A stretch of 64,000 bases of DNA from Paragordius varius (lineage: Eukaryota; Animalia; Nematomorpha). The DNA lies in NCBI GenBank assembly GCA_964247055.1, contig OZ176050.1, forward strand, positions 2,666,001-2,730,000. Reading direction: 5' to 3'. Positions within the stretch are counted from its first letter, which is position 1, and each line of letters begins with the position of its first letter. The position numbers and the translations under genes were made by a program. Below the pieces are notes generated by a model, which was given only the letters and a program-made list of their open reading frames with translations, made no database searches and was not told where the DNA came from. Shown piece after piece: positions 1-11,525 of the stretch.

Positions 1-3000
1 CGTTTCTAGAACAAAGCGTCTGCATACGCCTTCCAATTTTCTGATACTTAATTTGATTGTGTCTGACACTTTAATGTTATGCATGAATTGCCCTTTAACT
101 ATAACGAGCAGCTTTCATGGAAAATGGATGTTTAAAGATTCAAGTATCAAAATTTATATTAAAAATGAAATATTTTAAACATAAACTTTTATCTAAAATT
201 TGGACACAAACTAGTAATGTCAACTAAACATAAATGTTCGGGCCGCTTAGTGCGTTATTTAATTCGCTTATATGTTGCTTAAAATTAAATCTAGCCTAGA
301 ATTTTTTAAAATTTTTACAAAATCTAATTTAAAGCAGATTTCTTTCTAAAATAATTTTAGCTTGTAAATTCTACGGATTTTCCGGATGCTTTTTCGGTAT
401 ACTTTCCATAAATGTCATTGCTTCGATTGCGGTAGAACGAGTGTATGCCATCTCAAGTAACTTACGAAAGAAAAAATTTTCTATAACTATTGTTATCGTA
501 ACACTGCTCTTTAATTGGTTGTATTGTCTGGCTTGGTCATTGTGCCCTTTGATGGGATGGAACAATTATATTTTGGAAAAATCACTGATCGGTTGTTCAA
601 TCGATTTCGCTACTCAGGTACTATCACCTAATATTATAAATGGTTTTTCAAAAAAATTCCCTGAGTTTTAAAGTTTATGTGTCATCTCAATTTGAGACAA
701 AACAACTTTAGCCTTTCTATACTTTGATATCATATATTTTTTATCTGTAACTCAATTTTAATCCGATTTATGTCTTGTCTTCTTATAAATATAAAAGAAA
801 CCTAACCACTTAATATGATTAATTACATTAGCAGAATCGTTTAGCTAAGGCAGAAGGCTCATTAATATTTTATTACACATATATCGCTTAAGTAATTATG
901 AAACTACTTTATTAACTGATAAACAATACAAACAATTTTTCATTATTACATCAATATTTATTATGGTCCTTTCAAAAATTGATTATCGTTCAAAAACCCA
1001 TATTAACTAAATTTAAAGCGGTTGCGTGTAGATTATAATTTAAACAAATTTATTGAAATAATCCTCCTTTAATTGCAATACTTGTTCATAAAAATTAAGT
1101 TAAAACGACATCTTACTTTTGCGTATATTTTAAAAAAACACCACGATATATTATTTATATGGGCAGTTGAATCTTACACTTAGATTTAACCTATATTTAC
1201 GCCTCTTTTATCAGAAATAGAAGTTTTTTAATTTTTGTATTTTTCAATAGAGAAAATTTTTAGAAGATGTAAAAATTTGAGGATTGCATTGCATGGAAGG
1301 AAAATAAACTCAGAAAACCGATTTAAGCAGTTGGTTATTTCAAAAAATTTGTTATAAATTTTTAAAACTTTGAAAATTAATGTAAAATGGGATTTATAAG
1401 TTTTCGATAATCTTCGACATTTATAAAGTAAAGCGTCTTAAATGCAAAATCAATTTTTAATATAAATATTTTAGAAAATGTAGAAATTTGTATTTGAGGT
1501 GTATCTATGATAAATTTAACAAAAATATCAGTTTTATTTCAAAAACACTAGTGTCACATAAGCTTACTTAAATAACATGTGATCAACCCGTTCGGTACCT
1601 GAGTTTAAATATTTAATTAATTTACAAAATTTAACTTTGCATTTTAATAATATTAGCTTTATAATTAATTACTAGGATTTCAATTATTTGAATATAAGCA
1701 GATACGGAACTAATTTTCTACTGCAAATATCAAAATTGTGTGCATAACTACGCGTATTTAAATACTTACTTTATTAGTCAAATTTACATTAGGCCCAGAT
1801 ACAAATTTTTACGAGATTATATAAAATAGTTGAGATTTTGATTCAAAAATCTGATTTTATCATTTTAGTGACTTTTCTTTATAATTGAAGCTTATTGAGA
1901 CACAGCTTTAAATTATTTAACCATTTATAATTTGTAAAGTTTTTTTTACCAAGCCAAATCAATATTTATAACTATATGGCTAAAGCTTTAATTAAGAAAA
2001 TTAAGTTAATATATTTATAATAATCCTTTCCTTTGTTTTTTATTTATAATATTTAGAGCGAAATACCAAAATCTTTTTCGCTTTGTCTATTCTTACTGTG
2101 TTTCATTTGTCCATTAATTATCATTGGGACATGTTATACATACATTTTTGTGTTTGCTCATCTTACGGCAAAGGGTATTACAAGAGGATTGCTTCTAGAA
2201 AATCAAAAAGAACTTCGTGCCCTATATAGCAGACAAAGAATCGAAATGCGTTTAGCGAAAATGGTGTTTTACATTTTAATTGGGTAATATATGATTTGTA
2301 TGATTAAAAATCAATATGATGGTGAAATTTAATTAAGACTATGTTTTTGGGTTTACAGTTTAGTATATAAACGGGTTTTTCATTTAGTAATTGTGATTTA
2401 TGATCGAGATACAGTATTATAAGAGTAAGCTTCATAAAATATCTTTTATTTAACAGTAGCTTCAGACTTTTTGCAAGCGATGTATCTGTTTCAGAACGCT
2501 TAAATTATTTTTTAACCGCTATAACTAAAAGATGACCGGTTTTTTTATCATGTTAAATATCGGCAAAGCCCAGAGTCGCAATACTAGTGGTTAAAAATAA
2601 TTTATTTTAATCAGCATTAATAGCATTTTATTGGACATTCGCAAGAGTAATAACCTTTACCGTTAGACAATTTTTCTGAAAAAGTTACAAATTATTATTT
2701 ATTTAAGTTAATCTATTTATAATAAAAAATTCGCTTCCATTTTAAATTCTTTAATCTATCTTCATTTTAATTATGTTATAGCAATATATTTATGCAAATA
2801 GATATTTAATAGCTTGGGGCCCGTACGCGTCTTTAGCAATGATTCAAATAGTAGGCCGTTCTGATCTCATAACACCCAAGATTGCTTTGTTTCCACCTAT
2901 CTTCGCAAAATTTTCCGCCGTCTATAATCCATTAATATATGCAATGGCCCACAAACAATTACGAACTGTAATCTAAATTAATTAGTATCTTTTGTTTTTA

Positions 3001-3440
3001 AACGTTTCACCAAAACACATAAATTAATACTACGGTCAAACATTTTTAGTGGAAACTTATTAATGAAATTTCCAAATTATCTTTATGAGTATTTCCAATT
3101 TTTTTTATAATTTATCAAATTTTAATTAAAATCAATTTTTTATAACCATATTTAGCTTAAAATATACATATTTTTGCGTTTTTTGCACAAAAAAAGCTTT
3201 TTTTCCATTTTCATGCCATGGATAGTTTAATGTTTTATAGCGTGTTTGTCACTGATTATTATTTATAATTTTACCTACTAATAGATAATTGTTCAGAGAT
3301 TCTCATCGAAGAAAAGTACCCCGAGCTCTATGAAATATTCCACATCTGAAATCAAACTTTCATCGATTAAACGACGTAACGATGTATCGAGTTTGAATTC
3401 TAATTCAATCAAATATCAACATATCACACCCACTCAATAA
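1..3440 (+). CDS. Opsin (class A GPCR, r-opsin-like), 5' end outside window; exons <1-143, 361-617, 2057-2283, 2802-2967, 3285-3440
   Basis: Phase-consistent GT-AG splicing gives RLHTPSNFLILNLIVSD...CKFYGFSGCFFGILSINVIASIAVERVY...GWNNYILEKSLIGCSIDF...IEMRLAKM...AWGPYA...FAKFSAVYNPLIYAMAHKQLR plus a Ser/Thr-rich tail. It has the retinal-binding Lys in TM7, NPxxY, the E181-equivalent counterion and Tyr at the 113-equivalent position. Confidence 0.93.
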
Positions 3441-4180
3441 CATATTTTAGTTTTGGTTTTGAATAATTACACATTTTTTTGCTCATTTAAATATAGAAAA
3501 TTACACAAATACTCAAATCATCAAACATGCAATATTAGCTATATAAAATGGATATCTTCATATTTTTAATTTTGTTTTCAGAATAAAATCCCAATTGATT
3601 GTACTTAAATATAAGTTTTCAATGGATTTAACGGTATTTATACCTGAAAAATTACTTTTCATGGGGTTCATGCATTTTTTTCCATCGATTGAAATTTTTG
3701 GATAATTGAAGTAAGATTTGTCGATCTTTTAATAAAATATTTTTTATAGACCACTAAAAACATAGGGTAATTCGGTGTTCAAGGAGATAGTTGTGAATAT
3801 TTGGACAATAGCGAAAATCCGCCCTATATTTGATAATTTATATATTAAGTCGGATGTTTAGATATTTTAAATTTATGGAATCAGTATTATTAAAAACATT
3901 AGTAGTGTTTTTTTTAATTTTAGGAGATAACCTCACATGAATATTTGGTAACTTTTTTAATTTTATATAAATACATGTGTAAAGCAAATATAAGAGCTGT
4001 TTTGATAAATCACCTGCTAAATATACAGCAAGAAAAATAATATTCTCTCGAGAAACTGATTTAATTTGGCTTTGAAAAAAGAGTTCTGGTTTTCATCAGA
4101 TTACATGCTTTATTGGACATCTTCTACCATTTCTTAAACTCTAAAGTCAAGACTAAAATAAAAAATAATCTACACAAGCA

Positions 4181-4204
4181 CCCCCCCCCCCCCCCCCCTC
4201 CCCA
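4181..4204. repeat. Poly-C tract (C18-T-C5)
   Basis: Directly visible homopolymer in an AT-rich background. Confidence 0.9.
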
Positions 4205-4677
4205 AATAATCCTTTTGAAACGAGCTAATTAACAGCGTTTATCAACAAATTGGCTTATTTCTAATAATCCAATTTTTAGATTTAATAAATAATGTTGTGC
4301 TATTAATACAACAATTAGGAGGTATCTTATTAAAAGTTTAACGAGAGGGCTAGTTTTGCATACCCACTTAATTAGTGACAATTTTTATTTTTAAAAAATA
4401 TTTTTATCATAAAATATTTGAAATAAAAAAAATATAAACGACCCCAATATTCGAAATAATTTATTAGTTTTGTGATTTGAATCTTTATATATTACGTATA
4501 TTACTAATAATTTATTGGAAGGTAATTGTGAGACCAGGATGGAATATCATTTCTAGAAGGGCGATGGAAATATGCTTGCGTTTTACTAGGATTCCGGATT
4601 CACAATTAATATATCTCACAATTACGAGCAAAGTCAGACCAATGGATGAAATTTTTTCAAAAACAAGTAAGGAAATT

Positions 4678-5385
4678 TGGGCTTGGAACCGGAACCCGGT
4701 TCCTGGGATTTTAACAAGAATCGGTTCCATTGGGATGGAACTAACGCGGTTCGAATTCCATTTCCCGGGAACTACCCCAATTAGTGGTTCCCATATGATA
4801 TTTATTATACAGTAAAATTTGAAATTATACTGTCAAAAAATTGAATAAAACAAATATTTTTTCAGAAAGATCTTGATTTTTTTTAAATATAACTCATTGT
4901 TTAATCTACAAAGTATAATACAGAAATGTAAATTTGTGATACAATCAATTATATATTTACAATATTTAATATTTTATATAGGATAAATTAAGGTTTAAAA
5001 AAATATGGTTGTCTTTGAAAAAAATTGTCTTTAAATTTTTATGTTTTGTCCGTATAATATCAATTATTACTGTAAAAATTTTATTCTATTATTTTTTGAT
5101 TGTACCTCTACTAGATACTTAAAACTTCAAACTAAGCGCCTATTATTATATTAGCGATGCTCTCTATATTTTGGATTCGGCTGTTCTAAAAAATAGTCAT
5201 AATATATTACAACGGATGGGATAAAATATTTTGTAAGAAAATCATTTAATCAAAAGTTAGGAACCGAAAATGGAACCGGTTCTCAATGTAAAGAACCGGT
5301 TCCGGAACCGCTAAATTTATAAGGAACCAACGCGGTTCCGGTTCCACTTGTTCAGGAACTGACCCGGTTTCGGTTCCCCATATAA
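4678..5385. mobile_element. Degenerate non-autonomous DNA element with clustered GGAACC/GGTTCC subterminal motifs (hAT-like), interrupted by a family A MITE
   Basis: Two clusters of GGAACC/GGTTCC (about 4685-4795 and 5260-5380) with imperfectly inverted outer ends (ggaaccggaacccggttcctg vs the reverse complement of caggaactgacccggtttcggttcc). No clear TSD. Confidence 0.45.
4810..5072. mobile_element. MITE family A (Tc1/mariner-type, TA-flanked), copy 1
   Basis: TIRs TA|CAGTAAAATTTGAAATTATAC...GTATAATATCAATTATTACTG|TA; shared internal motif AACAACCATA/TATGGTTGT; related copies at 36322, 40919 and 62225. Confidence 0.8.
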
Positions 5386-5500
5386 TCATGGCTAACTTGG
5401 TTTAAAAGATCTACAATTGAAGGTGCTGTGAATCGTTTACATTAGATAACTAAATCCATACAATATGGGATTCTCTCTAAATTAATCATTAAAAGAAAAG

Positions 5501-5503
<3 letters not shown>

Positions 5504-5543
<40 letters not shown>
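5504..5543. repeat. (TA)n microsatellite
   Basis: About 20 uninterrupted TA units. Confidence 0.95.
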
Positions 5544-5546
<3 letters not shown>

Positions 5547-5699
5547 AATGTCGAAATGACATGCAATGTGATTATATGGATATATTTGCGATCAGATATA
5601 GCGAAACCCGGCAATTCCAGCGCATTTTTAAATTTTTACGCAGAGGGATTTTTGCTTAGAGATATTTTTATCCAATACAGTGGTGTTCAACAAGTGCAA

Positions 5700-6714
5700 A
5701 TAGTATATATGTATTCATTTGAAATTAATATTTTTTTATTTAAAAACTGATTTTTAGATTCAAATTAATTTTTCCAATCTAACAAAATTACATTAAAAAT
5801 TAAAGAAATTTCATCAATAACCTAGAATACTTATATTTTTATCAAATGGTTGAACTCTTATGAAAACAGGATCTTAATAATATACGGTTTCTGATATAAT
5901 AAAACTTGATATTGATTTGAAAAATTGGTTAAAGCAAGAGAATAGGTGTACAATAATAAAATAAATGAATAATACACGATTTTATTGACAAAAGTTAAAA
6001 ACAAATAAGAGAAGTTCAAGGATCAACTTGAAGTGTTTAAGGACACTTTTGAAGCGCAAATGGTATAAATCGAAGTAACAAATTTTTTTCATACAAAGAA
6101 TGAGAATTTGGGTACATTTATTCCATATTTTTTTGACGAATTTCATAATTAAAAATATAAAAAAATTAAAAAAACTTCCTACCGGTTTGCTCATATTTCG
6201 GTTCTTAAAGTTTTAAACAATTTCAAGTTTATTTTAAAACTTAAAGCCTTTAAAATTTTTGAGGAATGTTGGTTTTCTTTAATTCAAGAGTTGCACATTT
6301 TTTATTTGTTTTAAACATCAAAATGTTTTATTTTATATATATATTTATTCATTAAAATTAATATGTTTTATTTAAAAACCAATTTTTCATTTAGAACTAA
6401 TTTTTTCCAAAACAATATTATTAACATATAATGTTTCAAGGAATAAATAACCCAAAAATTTACATATTTTTCTATTATAGGTTAAAATCTTTTTACGATT
6501 AAAATATTTTCTAAGAAGTTAATAAGGATATACGGTTTCTAATCAAGAAAATAGGGTAAAAATGATAAAATAGAAAAATACACGGTTTAATTTTTAAAAG
6601 CTAAAAACAGTTAAAAAAAGGTAAACCAACTTGAAATGTTTAAGGACTAACTTGAAGTGTTCAAGGACGAACTTGAAGTGTTTAAAGACACTCTTGAAGT
6701 GCAAATGGTATATA
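5700..6714. mobile_element. Two tandem, partly decayed copies of MITE family C (ends at about 6068 and 6712)
   Basis: Both end in 21-bp TTGAAGTGTTCAAGGACNAAC units followed by GCAAATGGTATA, matching the intact copy at 47602-48076. Left boundaries are approximate. Confidence 0.7.
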
Positions 6715-7726
6715 CGCCCGTAAATTAGATTTTATACGAAAAATCGTTATTAAAAAAATTGTGCTTATTATCTTAATGTTGTCATGAACAACTTAAATAA
6801 ACGATCCCAATCTAATTCGCAGGTAATTTCTTTATTAAACATGAATCCATTAGATTATAAATATCAGTGTAAAAATAAATTGGCACACAGCCCACGAAGG
6901 GCTCAAAAAATTATTTATTTTCAATATGATCATTCAACATATAATTAATAGAAATGGATGGAAGATATGATTTATATAATAATTTGCTCTCGAATGAATA
7001 TATAAAGAAAAAAAGAAGTATAATTCTTATAAATAATATTGCAATGATGAGTGTAGGTTATGAATGAGAAAACATATTCAGAGATTTTTTAAGGATCGCA
7101 CCTGTTATTAACAAGTGGGCGATTTTAATACATATTCATAGGGTTGCTAAGTAGAATATATATAATCAAAAAATATGTATATTTGTATAAAGAAATTATC
7201 TAATAATATTTATATATATGTTATATCATTTGAATTCCATTGAATATCCAAATTTTTGGTTTTTCTTAGCCAAAAAAGACGAGATGACCTACATGTTGCA
7301 TCTTTGGTGAATGATAAAAATTTGCAAATATTTTCTTGTAAAAAGAGTTATATTAAATGTTTAATATAGTATGTGAATGCTTGATTAATATAATATAATT
7401 AAATATATTTTTTTGCATAGATAATTAAAATGGACATGCCGCCATAAAACGTTCAGGAGCATTTCAGCATATAAATGTATATATATAATATATTTATATT
7501 ATGCTTGTTGAGTCTTTTAACCGGACTTTTTATATTTGGAAGTTTAAAAATTAGGAGGACATATTAAAAGGAGCCCCCCTGGTGTAAAGTGACGTCCCTC
7601 CCGATAATCGGCTATTAATGACTAGATCTATATAATAAATAGAATTATGATTAAAAAAGATAAAATTTAAACGGAAAAATTAACACTAAATCCTCAAAAA
7701 ATTCAAACGTATCTAAAATCTGTAAA

Positions 7727-10700
7727 TTACACACCCATGTTGGATAGGGATTGATTTGAATTGGTAGTGTAAGATTGATTAGTTGTTTCTTTGGTTTGCC
7801 CAAATAGTGATGCTAACATACGTTGTGCATTTTCCGCTGTGGTTAAATTATTTCCGCTTTTGATGGTTGTTGATTTAGCTATAAATAACAAATCATTCAA
7901 AATTTTTAGCCTTATTTAAACTATAACTAAAAGTCAAAGTTATGATTTTTAAGCAAATTTGTTAAAAATACCAAAATTTGAATCATTAGATGAAACATGC
8001 TGCTCACTATTATTATCTAGAGAGGGAGGTGATAGCTGTGATGTCCATTTCTTATAAAGGGTTGACAGGTCTGTGGATGTGGCCGTTGTGGAAATTTTAT
8101 CCAAAGAGATTGGAGAATTAACCTTAAAAGATAAAATATATATATTTTTTCGATAAAAAAATGTTAAAAATGTTGGACAAAATCCAATTTCTGATTTAAC
8201 TATCAATCAAACAATTCACCCAAAAAATTATGGCCCTATAAAAAATATTTTTTAAGCAAAATAAATTATTTGAAATTGTTAGAGACCATTATTTTAAAAT
8301 TTACCTAAATTTATTAATCGTTTTCTTGTTAAATGATAAAATATAGTCGTAAGTTATTACGCCATTATGAGATTTAATAATTGATTTAAAATTCTTGGCT
8401 TATTTCCTCCAATAATTTACTAAATGTAACTTATTCTTAATTCTAATTTAGCACTTCGATAAGAAACGAATCCCTTATTTTGGGTTAATTTTTAAAATCG
8501 GGTTGGCTTATAAAAATATATGAGTAACTAAGATTATTTATTACGTAAAAAATTGAGTATGTTTGAAGGTCTTCTTTCATACATAAAAACTCCCCACATA
8601 TTTTTCTTTTTTTATTCTATACTATTCTATTATATTATCAATAACAACAAATTCCAAATTTATAAGTTTTTTATCAATTTTGTAGCGCAAAAAATAATCG
8701 ATTTATAGTTATTGTGAAACACGTATTTATAACACATTATATTCAAAACTTTAAAATACATATATATAATCCAATAAAATATATATTTTGATATACAAAA
8801 AAGTAGTTAATCCAAAAATCTATATTTTCAGCTAAAATACGCAATTCGGTTTTATTGAATGGCAAAATTTTTTATTACTATTATAAAAAATTTATATATA
8901 TATATATATATACAAAATGAATCATAAATAAGAGATATAATATAAACATCCATAAATACAAAATTTAGATCACCACAAAATTTGAATCAATCGATATATA
9001 TATATATATGTTTGCTCATAAAAGAAATCGGAAAATCTTGCTATATTGGTTTTTAGAGATAATATAAAAAACTACGCCATATGTTACACACACATTATAT
9101 ACATATTTTACTTTAATGGAATTTTATATTTTTTCGGTCTTATCGTTTTTTCGGATTAAAATGTATCTATTTCGCAATCAATTTTATCCCCATATATTTA
9201 TTTGTATTTGTTCGATAAATATAGCGCAAATGTTTCACTGATTGATTAACCAAATTTATAAAATTGAGTTATAACTGTTTTTATGTATTGCAATTAATAT
9301 ATCTGGGTATCTATTTTTTTTCAAATAAACCAAAAACTTGCTTAAAAAGACTTATTGGTGAGAATGCATATAAGCTAATTTAGAAATGAATCAATAAATA
9401 AAAAGTTAAATAGACCGCCCCTAATTTAACCATATATATTGAGGATGGCATATGGTTAATTTTTGGTAAAACAAATACAGCACCTAAAAAATATTTAGAT
9501 TGTTACGATTGAATTAATATATGCACGTTCCATTTATAGGGAATAAATTTAGTAAGATATATTTTTTGCGTTTGTTTAAAACAGGCATATTAGAATGCAA
9601 CATAAGTCTAAATCTGTTTTTGATCAAAAAATCGCAAAATTTGCAAGAAAATATATATAATTAAATTATATACTAACATGGTATATGATGCCATATAGTA
9701 AGTTTATAGTTTAAAAAATAGAGATTTATCGAACAAATGGCGTTATTTTCATCTAAATTTTTGCAATATTTGGCAATCTAAACTATGTTATACAAAAAAA
9801 CTAAAATCATTCAAAAAATGTTAATTTTATAAGGCTAGCCAGCAAACAAATAAATTACTAAAATGGAAGGATGAACAACTGTTTGTTGCCTGATAATACT
9901 CTATAGATCCAAATATTTTATATGAAAAATATGTACAAAAAACATCCAAATTTTCAATATAATCTGTAAATTTTAAAATTATTGTCAAGACATACCCGGT
10001 CAATTCCGTTTAGCGTAGAGGTAATTGGGGCCGCGTTTGATTTAACAATGTGAGATCTGTGTTGTTTTCGTTCATGCAACTGTTGAATTTTATTGTCTAA
10101 AAGTTGAGATGGTGTAGATATCATCGATTTTAAGCGTTTACAATTTTGCTGCTGAATATGGTTATGGTGGGATGGTGAATTAGAACAACCCATATTATCA
10201 GGAACCAAATTATAATTACTTCCATTAGTATTTATTGTGGTGTCAAAGTCAGTTTGTTGAAAATGCAAAGCGTTTTGCCTCGTAGAATTAATTAGAGACA
10301 CATTTTTATTCTTTGATCTGCTAATATTACCCGATTCAGAATTGTTTGTATCGTTTGAAGTCATTTTTTCTTTCGACATTGATTCTTCATTGTGTTTCAA
10401 ATGATGGTGCAAATATTGCAAATAATTTTCGGGTGTTAAAGTGTTTTTACCACCATTGGTGAAGGCTATATTTGCAGTCATCTTTGATCTATCTGTTGTA
10501 CAACAGGAAGTATTTTTAAACTGGTCATTTACAGTTGAATTGGATGTATGATTATGCAATGTAACCGCTGCTGTTCTTTGAGATTCAGGCGTGGATTCAA
10601 CCACATTAAGTGAGGCAGGATATCGCAAAGGTGAAATTTGTCCATTATTTCCCATCATGTTATTATTACCAATGTGATTTAGGGTACAATTGTTATCGTT

Positions 10701-11438
10701 CAAAAATTGTGTTGTTTTACTGCCATTACTAGTTGAATTGGCAGTGCTGGGAGAAATGGAATCAAATCCTTTGAAAAACGGTTCATTATTGCTATAATTT
10801 CGGCCCGTTAAATCATTCAAGGATGAGGTAGGGGAATTATCGGGTGAATTTAGACAGGCTTGAATCAAAGCTTTCCCATTCTCACTCGTAATCATGGGTT
10901 GGAGTTTCCGCGTTGCAAATGTATAAACATGACCCGTCTCACTGGCAACAAGTAACATAACTTGAGTCCCAGTTAGGGTGGATAATTCATAAGCCTAATT
11001 GATAAATTGAACTTAAAATAAATTAAAAAATTTGTAATTTAGTAATATTTTAATTGTGAAAAAATTTCGCATTTTATGTAAATTTAATATTTGGTTTTTA
11101 CAATAATTAGGTTAATATATCAATTATGATAATTTTTTATCGCTTAAAAACTAAATATATTAAATTAAGCCATAAAATACATTTACTTTTTTCATGATGC
11201 CCGTTTTCCGCTTGCTGAATGTGGTGTAACGTCGCAATTTGTTGTCAATAAACTCCATCTTTATTTTAACTCGGCCTTTGGTCTTTTTAGCTGGGATTTC
11301 TTGATGATTATTCATAACGGTTCCTCCTAATTCATCATCAGAACTTTCTTCATCGTCCTCATCATCATCGTCATCTATTCCTCCATTGTTAAAGTATGAG
11401 GATGTCAAATTATTAAATTTTAAATCTTGATAATCCAT
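7727..11438 (-). CDS. SRF: Serum response factor (MADS-box); exons 11438-11187, 10994-9996, 8122-7972, 7878-7727 (517 aa); unspliced read-through of exon 2 stops at 9954 (430 aa)
   Basis: Spliced MADS/SAM region GRVKIKMEFIDNKLRRYTTFSKRKTGIMKK|AYELSTLTGTQVMLLVASETGHVYTFATRKLQPMITSENGKALIQACLNSPD is the SRF signature. The last two exons are inferred from matching phases and Ser/Thr/Asn-rich composition and are less certain. Confidence 0.95.
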
Positions 11439-11525
11439 GGGTAATTTTTATTTTACAGATACGCAAAAAATAAAAAAATGTGATAAACAACACATGCATT
11501 CAAACATGCGGTTAAAGTTTTTGAA
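11439..11525. promoter_or_regulatory. 87-bp region between the SRF and UNC-45 start codons; putative bidirectional promoter
   Basis: Divergent ATGs at 11438 (-) and 11526 (+). Contains TGATAA (GATA-like, 11481) and the E-box CACATG (11491). Function is inferred. Confidence 0.55.

Noticed and set aside
7070-7470. Exon-like plus-strand fragments (DFLRIAPVINKW; QKRRDDLHVASL)
   Set aside because: I could not join them into a stop-free, recognisable product; left unannotated.
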